Program-made: the position numbers and the translations under genes | Notes under the pieces: model-generated | Databases searched by the model: none | Seen by the model: only the letters and a program-made list of their open reading frames with translations | Told to the model about the DNA's origin: nothing | Assembly (NCBI GenBank): GCA_024704765.1 | Contig: JAKMXF010000318.1 | Location: 62,001-126,000 of the forward strand | Source of the DNA: Oopsacas minuta | Lineage: Eukaryota; Animalia; Porifera | Length of the DNA: 64,000 nucleotides | Reading direction: 5' to 3' | Shown here: positions 59,601 to 64,000 of the stretch, one piece after another | How the letters are laid out: each line of letters begins with the position of its first letter | Position numbering within the stretch: position 1 is the stretch's first letter

Positions 59601-62216
59601 AAACAACAAGGATCTGGGCTACGGATAAGTGGATATGATTCTAATACTTTAGGTAGTAACGTACCAAATGAAGATAGGAATGTGGAAGGAATGTTAATGA
59701 ATGGTGCTGCATTACTTTTCGCGGTTTTTGATGGTCATAAAGGCCAGCTTTGTTCAGAAGCGTTGAAACAACAACTTTTAAATACAGCTGCTGAACAAAT
59801 TGGTGAGTGATGTCATATTAATTCGATTTTTAATTATAACAACTTGGTAGAGTAGACAAAATATAATTTGATATTTTTGAACATTTTTTTGCTTCAATAG
59901 TAACATTCCAAAAAGTTCAAGAGTTCATCTGCCTGTATCATTAAAACGGGCAACTTTGATATATAATATTACTTAGAATTTATTTGCTATTTTATTTTAG
60001 AAATACTTTATGTCATCAAAATATCAATAAATTCCAGATTGATTCTAGCATTTATCATCTTACGCGGCCTATAATGATGGTTAAATGCTAAATATGGCAA
60101 TACTGTACAATCTTAGATATGTATGCTGTATCTTAGAATTCTCATATATAGTTTCTGAATCATTACTTTACAGATAATTAGTTATGACTCTGTTACGATT
60201 ATTGAATGGAATTTACCTTGAAAACTAACAAATATGACTTTGTGTTACTTTGTGTAATTGCATTTTTATGATTGCATTTTTATGATTGCATTTTTATGAT
60301 GTCATATTTAATCAATTGTTAAGTAGTTGTATACACATTTCAGACTGAATATCCTCTCTACAAGCTTGTATATGGATTTATCGCATTTTTGAATCCATAT
60401 TTTTTTCAATACAATTTTCTTGCTTCTATTACCTTATATGGGTGTGTAGCTGATAAATAAAGCCTGTTGTAATACATATTTGTTTGTTGCTAGGTCCGAT
60501 CTTATCAACTCGTTGTCCTCTCCTCGCTAACACTTCCATAAGCCCTGTTACACTAGATCAACATCCCGGTACACATTCATGTCCGGTAACCTGTCCTATT
60601 GGATTCCCCACTACATGTGATATTGAGGCTGGGTTGTCACCTTCTGCTGGAGATGAGATAGCTATGGGTCTGCAAGAAACATTTGTGAGTATGGATCAAC
60701 GATTGGAACAAAGAGCTAGACAGTCTGCACAGAAATATCAAAGAACTAAGGTATTCTATATGTCTTGATACAATATTATTTACTCAATTCTATATCTGTG
60801 TAATGATTCCCAATTTTCATACTTTCCGCGAAATTCTAGTTACTTACAATCCAAAACTAAATTATTGATTGATTAAGATCTCACATCTGTTGCAAAACTT
60901 AGAATTAATTAATATTTATATAGACTCTTACTAAAGAAGACTTGGAACATTTAAAAAGATTCTATCAAGGTTCATGTGCACTCACTACCTGTGTAGTATC
61001 AAATCAACTTTATCTAGCTAATACCGGAGACTGTAGAGCTGTACTTGGATCAAAGATTAACGGAAAATGGGTAACGACAGGGCTAACAGCTGATCAAACA
61101 GCTGGCAACGCTGATGAAATGATACGTTTGTTCAAAGCTCATCCAGGAGAGCGTGTTATACGGCATGGCAGACTATTGGGTGGTCTTATGCCTCTGAGAA
61201 GCTTCGGTGACGCAGGTAAGTATATAGATAAATATTTGCATTCTATTCAAGAAATGGAAATATATTGCCTCCACCTAATTGAAACCTACCACTAGTTAAT
61301 TACATTATTGTTACGTAAAATAGGTAGTAATTCTGTTTCGAATTAAGTTCATACTGAAACTATGCTTGTACATCTAATGCAAATATTTTTGTAGAATACA
61401 AATGGCCTTCTGAATTCTTGAAGGATATCGTATCACTTTCTCCCAATTACCATACACCACCATACTTGACTGCAGAACCTGTATTGACTCACCATACACT
61501 GGAAAATCATGATAAATTCTTGATCCTAGCTACAGATGGGTTATGGGAGAAGCTAACTAGTGAACAGGCTGTGCAGTTAATTGGGAAAGCTATTGATGGA
61601 CAGAAACAAGAGTTGAGAAGGGAATCATGGTTTTCAGGTAATCATATTTATACGTATTATACTGTCTTGCTATAGGTTTTCTGTGTGGAAATAATACTCG
61701 ATCTATACTTGGTAACACACAAGTTTTCCAAGGAATTCAACCATTATGGATCCCTTTGTATTATGTTCAGATTATATTGATATTTTCAAATACAGTCAAC
61801 TCCCGTAGTATCGAACATGGATATCGAAATTCCTGCTTACATCTAAGTATGAATTTGTATAAATATGGTCCCAAACCGTCAAGCTCAAGGTAACATCAAA
61901 AACGATCCTTCAGCTTCGATATAACTGGAGTTGGCTGTATTTCTGTAATTGGTAGTAAATATCTTTGAAACTGTTTAATATATATTTTGTATACTTAGGC
62001 CTCTTCTTCAAAACACGAAAACCAGATGACGCAATAGAATCATGTCCTAACTCATATACAACATTAGACACCAATCTAGCTACATACCTTATAAGGCAAG
62101 CATTAGGGGGTGATGCTAAAAGCCTATATAATATCCTCAATTTAAGCCCTGGAGTATCTCGAGGCTACAGAGACGATATTTCTGTTACAGTACTGTATTT
62201 TAATGAAGAAAAATAA
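56602..62216 (+). CDS. PDP: Mitochondrial pyruvate dehydrogenase phosphatase catalytic subunit (PP2C/PPM)
   Basis: Exons 56602-56859, 59547-59802, 60494-60750, 60924-61215, 61395-61637, 61999-62216. The exon 1-2 junction gives IASKLK|KDEYSYK (cf. SILKANEYSFK). Motifs YDSNTL..N.PNEDR, FAVFDGH, ANTGDCRAVLG, GRLLGGLMPLRSFGD, PPYLTAEP, LATDGLW and RDDISV. Exon 1 is less certain. Confidence 0.88.
56884..57051 (-). mobile_element. MITE family A copy (reverse orientation)
   Basis: ta|tagtcagctaccgttatatcgaagctgaagggacc...agatataaagggaattgactg. Confidence 0.82.
57560..59310 (+). pseudogene. Decayed MULE/FAR1-type transposase with SWIM finger, in PDP intron 1
   Basis: LYDKRIQWASRWTWQHLTLGAHSTQSSESIHSTIK (FAR1/MULE-like), SWIM-like TSCTFLFPSSWGSLCRHMLIVY and C-terminal ILNPRRVRSKGRPSNKRKRS. 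Frameshifts and stops are present. Confidence 0.75.
58149..58545. mobile_element. MITE family C (TIR ~CA(G)TGGAACCTCTCTTATCCGG, TA TSD) inside the MULE remnant
   Basis: ta|cactggaacctctcttatccgg ... ccagataagaggttcgagtg|ta, with an internal inverted repeat gttggaatcggg...cccgattccaac. Confidence 0.8.
60257..60300. repeat. 14-bp tandem repeat (attgcatttttatg) x3
   Basis: Three exact copies in a PDP intron. Confidence 0.9.
61793..61937 (+). mobile_element. MITE family A copy
   Basis: ta|cagtcaactcccgtagtatcgaa...ttcgatataactggagttggctg|ta, in a PDP intron. Confidence 0.88.
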
Positions 62217-63005
62217 ATGATAACTGAGACTATTTTAAAGCAGGATGGGGTCCAGCTATTTGTCTACCTCTCTCGTGTATTTGACTAGTTTTAGGTGTAT
62301 ATTTGTATTAATAATGACAACAGTTAGGTGTCAAATGCATAATTATATTACTAACTAAATTCAAACAATTGATGTTTGTTTTGTTTTTAGACACTTGTGG
62401 AATAATCTTTCTTAAATAACTCGTCTATATTTCTTGATTTCAATCTCCAATTACAGGTGGTAAAGATAGATGATAATAATAAGACCTGGGATACCCTAAG
62501 TCTTCTGTAGTACGTGCAGGTCCTAGCCTAAAATTGTAGATTAATTGAATTTTCAGTTCTGTCCAGTTGTAACGCAAACGTATATTCACCACGTAACTAC
62601 TATTTGTCCCTCTGTGTTTATTCATCAAGATTAGTTGGTTTGTTATGGAAAAGCTATTCCTACTATGTGTCCGTTATTTGAGTGTCTTTACCAGTGATAT
62701 TATCGCGAGTGTTGAATATATTTATCGTTTTACAGAAATAAACAATCTTTTTCTAATTATGTTGCGTAATTACAAAACGGAAACATCTACAGAATTATAC
62801 GCCAAAAACACTGAAACAGTCATTGTTGTTTACTAAATAATGATGTAATACTCGTATTGATCTCATGCTTTTCTCATGAAAAATTACTATCACTTCCAAA
62901 TATATATTTATGATTACAATTTAGATATCAAAACTGATACAATGTTAGTATAAATATATTCTGAAGGGAAAAATGTGCGTTATTCTCTTATCGCAATACA
63001 AATCA

Positions 63006-64000
63006 ATGTATTTCTTATTTATCATTTTCCTGACCCTTCTCATTTCTGGGTTACATGGTGACGTGTACCCTAGTGAAGGTAGTCTAGGAGGTGGGACGAG
63101 GATCACTATTACTGGAGCAGAGTTTAGTACAGATATGTTCAACAGTCCTGGTACTAACACTTCTAATGGTAATATTGTTATAATGGAAAGTAACGATGAA
63201 CTGCCTTTATCCTGTGATTCAATTAATTATCTTTCTAATCCAATTCAGATAGTTTGTGTAACACACAATTCTGGACACAGTAAGTGCTTAGTGTATAGTT
63301 GCAATTTTCCTAATACTCATACAGCTGTAGCCAGATATTCAATGCTACAGTTTGGATATTAGAAAATTGCAAAATTTGCAATCATATATAAAGAAGTATC
63401 TCTTATATGTTTTGTTCTATTTTCTAACACAATTATCTAGGATAATACTAAAGTTACAATACAGAGATTAGGAAGTATGTATGTATACGTAGCTATCAAA
63501 TCGGATGGGTTTCGCTGAAAAACTTTGTAACTTTTATATCCTGTGACGTATGTATTTCTATCTGTTTATGTAGTAAGTGGTGATCACCAGTACAGCATCA
63601 GTGTAACCTCTGACGGAGCTACAGTCCCTGTATCAGGAACATTCACTTACAGAGATGGCCAGACTCCTATTATTACTGACGTCACCCCTCGCTACACGGC
63701 ACCAGGCTATCTTGTGAGTTTGTTTGGAATAATATATACTGACAAGTATATGAATACTAATGAAGAGACAGTTGATGAACATCAGCTGGAACGTGTTCAC
63801 CTTGGTCCTTCTACATGTGATCTATACCCTGATGATAGTCCTGATGAGTTGTACGGATTATCACTGGATGGAGATGATTTAACAACAGGACACTGTACAT
63901 GCAAGCCTCAAACTACTGATATAGGATCTTTCAATGCTAGTATGCTATTCTCTGGACCTAAAGGCAGGACTTTGATCAGTAAAGATGCACTACTTGTTGA
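63006..64000 (+). CDS. PKHD1L1: Fibrocystin-L-like protein, 5' part (runs off window)
   Basis: Signal peptide MYFLFIIFLTLLISGLHG, then VYPSEGSLGGGTRITITG (IPT/TIG). Exon 2 from 63574 reads FTYRDGQTPIITDVTP...LYGLSLDG...CKPQ...IGSFNASM. Confidence 0.85.

Noticed and set aside
62440-62625. Minus-strand 61-aa ORF ...RLGPARTTEDLGYPRSYYYHLSLPPVIGD
   Set aside because: Somewhat protein-like but I could not assign it or build a convincing gene; left unannotated.

Overview
AT-rich, gene-dense eukaryotic (animal) genomic DNA with short GT-AG introns and many intronless genes. No prokaryotic, rRNA, tRNA or CRISPR features were found. The style suggests an early-branching metazoan, possibly a glass sponge; this is inference and was not verified by search. 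Genes in order: NCKX/SLC24, an FKBP15-like gene lacking its FKBP half, fem-1, PMS1, a 24-kb receptor tyrosine (pseudo)phosphatase, a phospholipid scramblase cluster, TAF12, PDXDC1, LDLRAP1, an HD-domain protein, CMC1, WDR44, TK1, acylphosphatase, pyruvate dehydrogenase phosphatase (PDP) and the start of fibrocystin-L. The main feature is genes nested inside genes. Hand-joining the exons shows the receptor PTP (11871-36086) carries four genes in its introns: a 57-aa COX14-like microprotein absent from the ORF track, a BEN-domain protein and DNAJC2 (all same strand), plus a scramblase (antisense). PDXDC1 (41223-47351) carries COMMD2 (same strand), a bHLH-like microprotein and PTPMT1. PDP carries a decayed MULE transposase. 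The receptor has 12 Ig-like domains on phase-1 exons, and both PTP domains lack the invariant catalytic Arg. At least three TA-flanked pogo-type MITE families occur in introns and spacers. All exon models are manual and lack RNA evidence.
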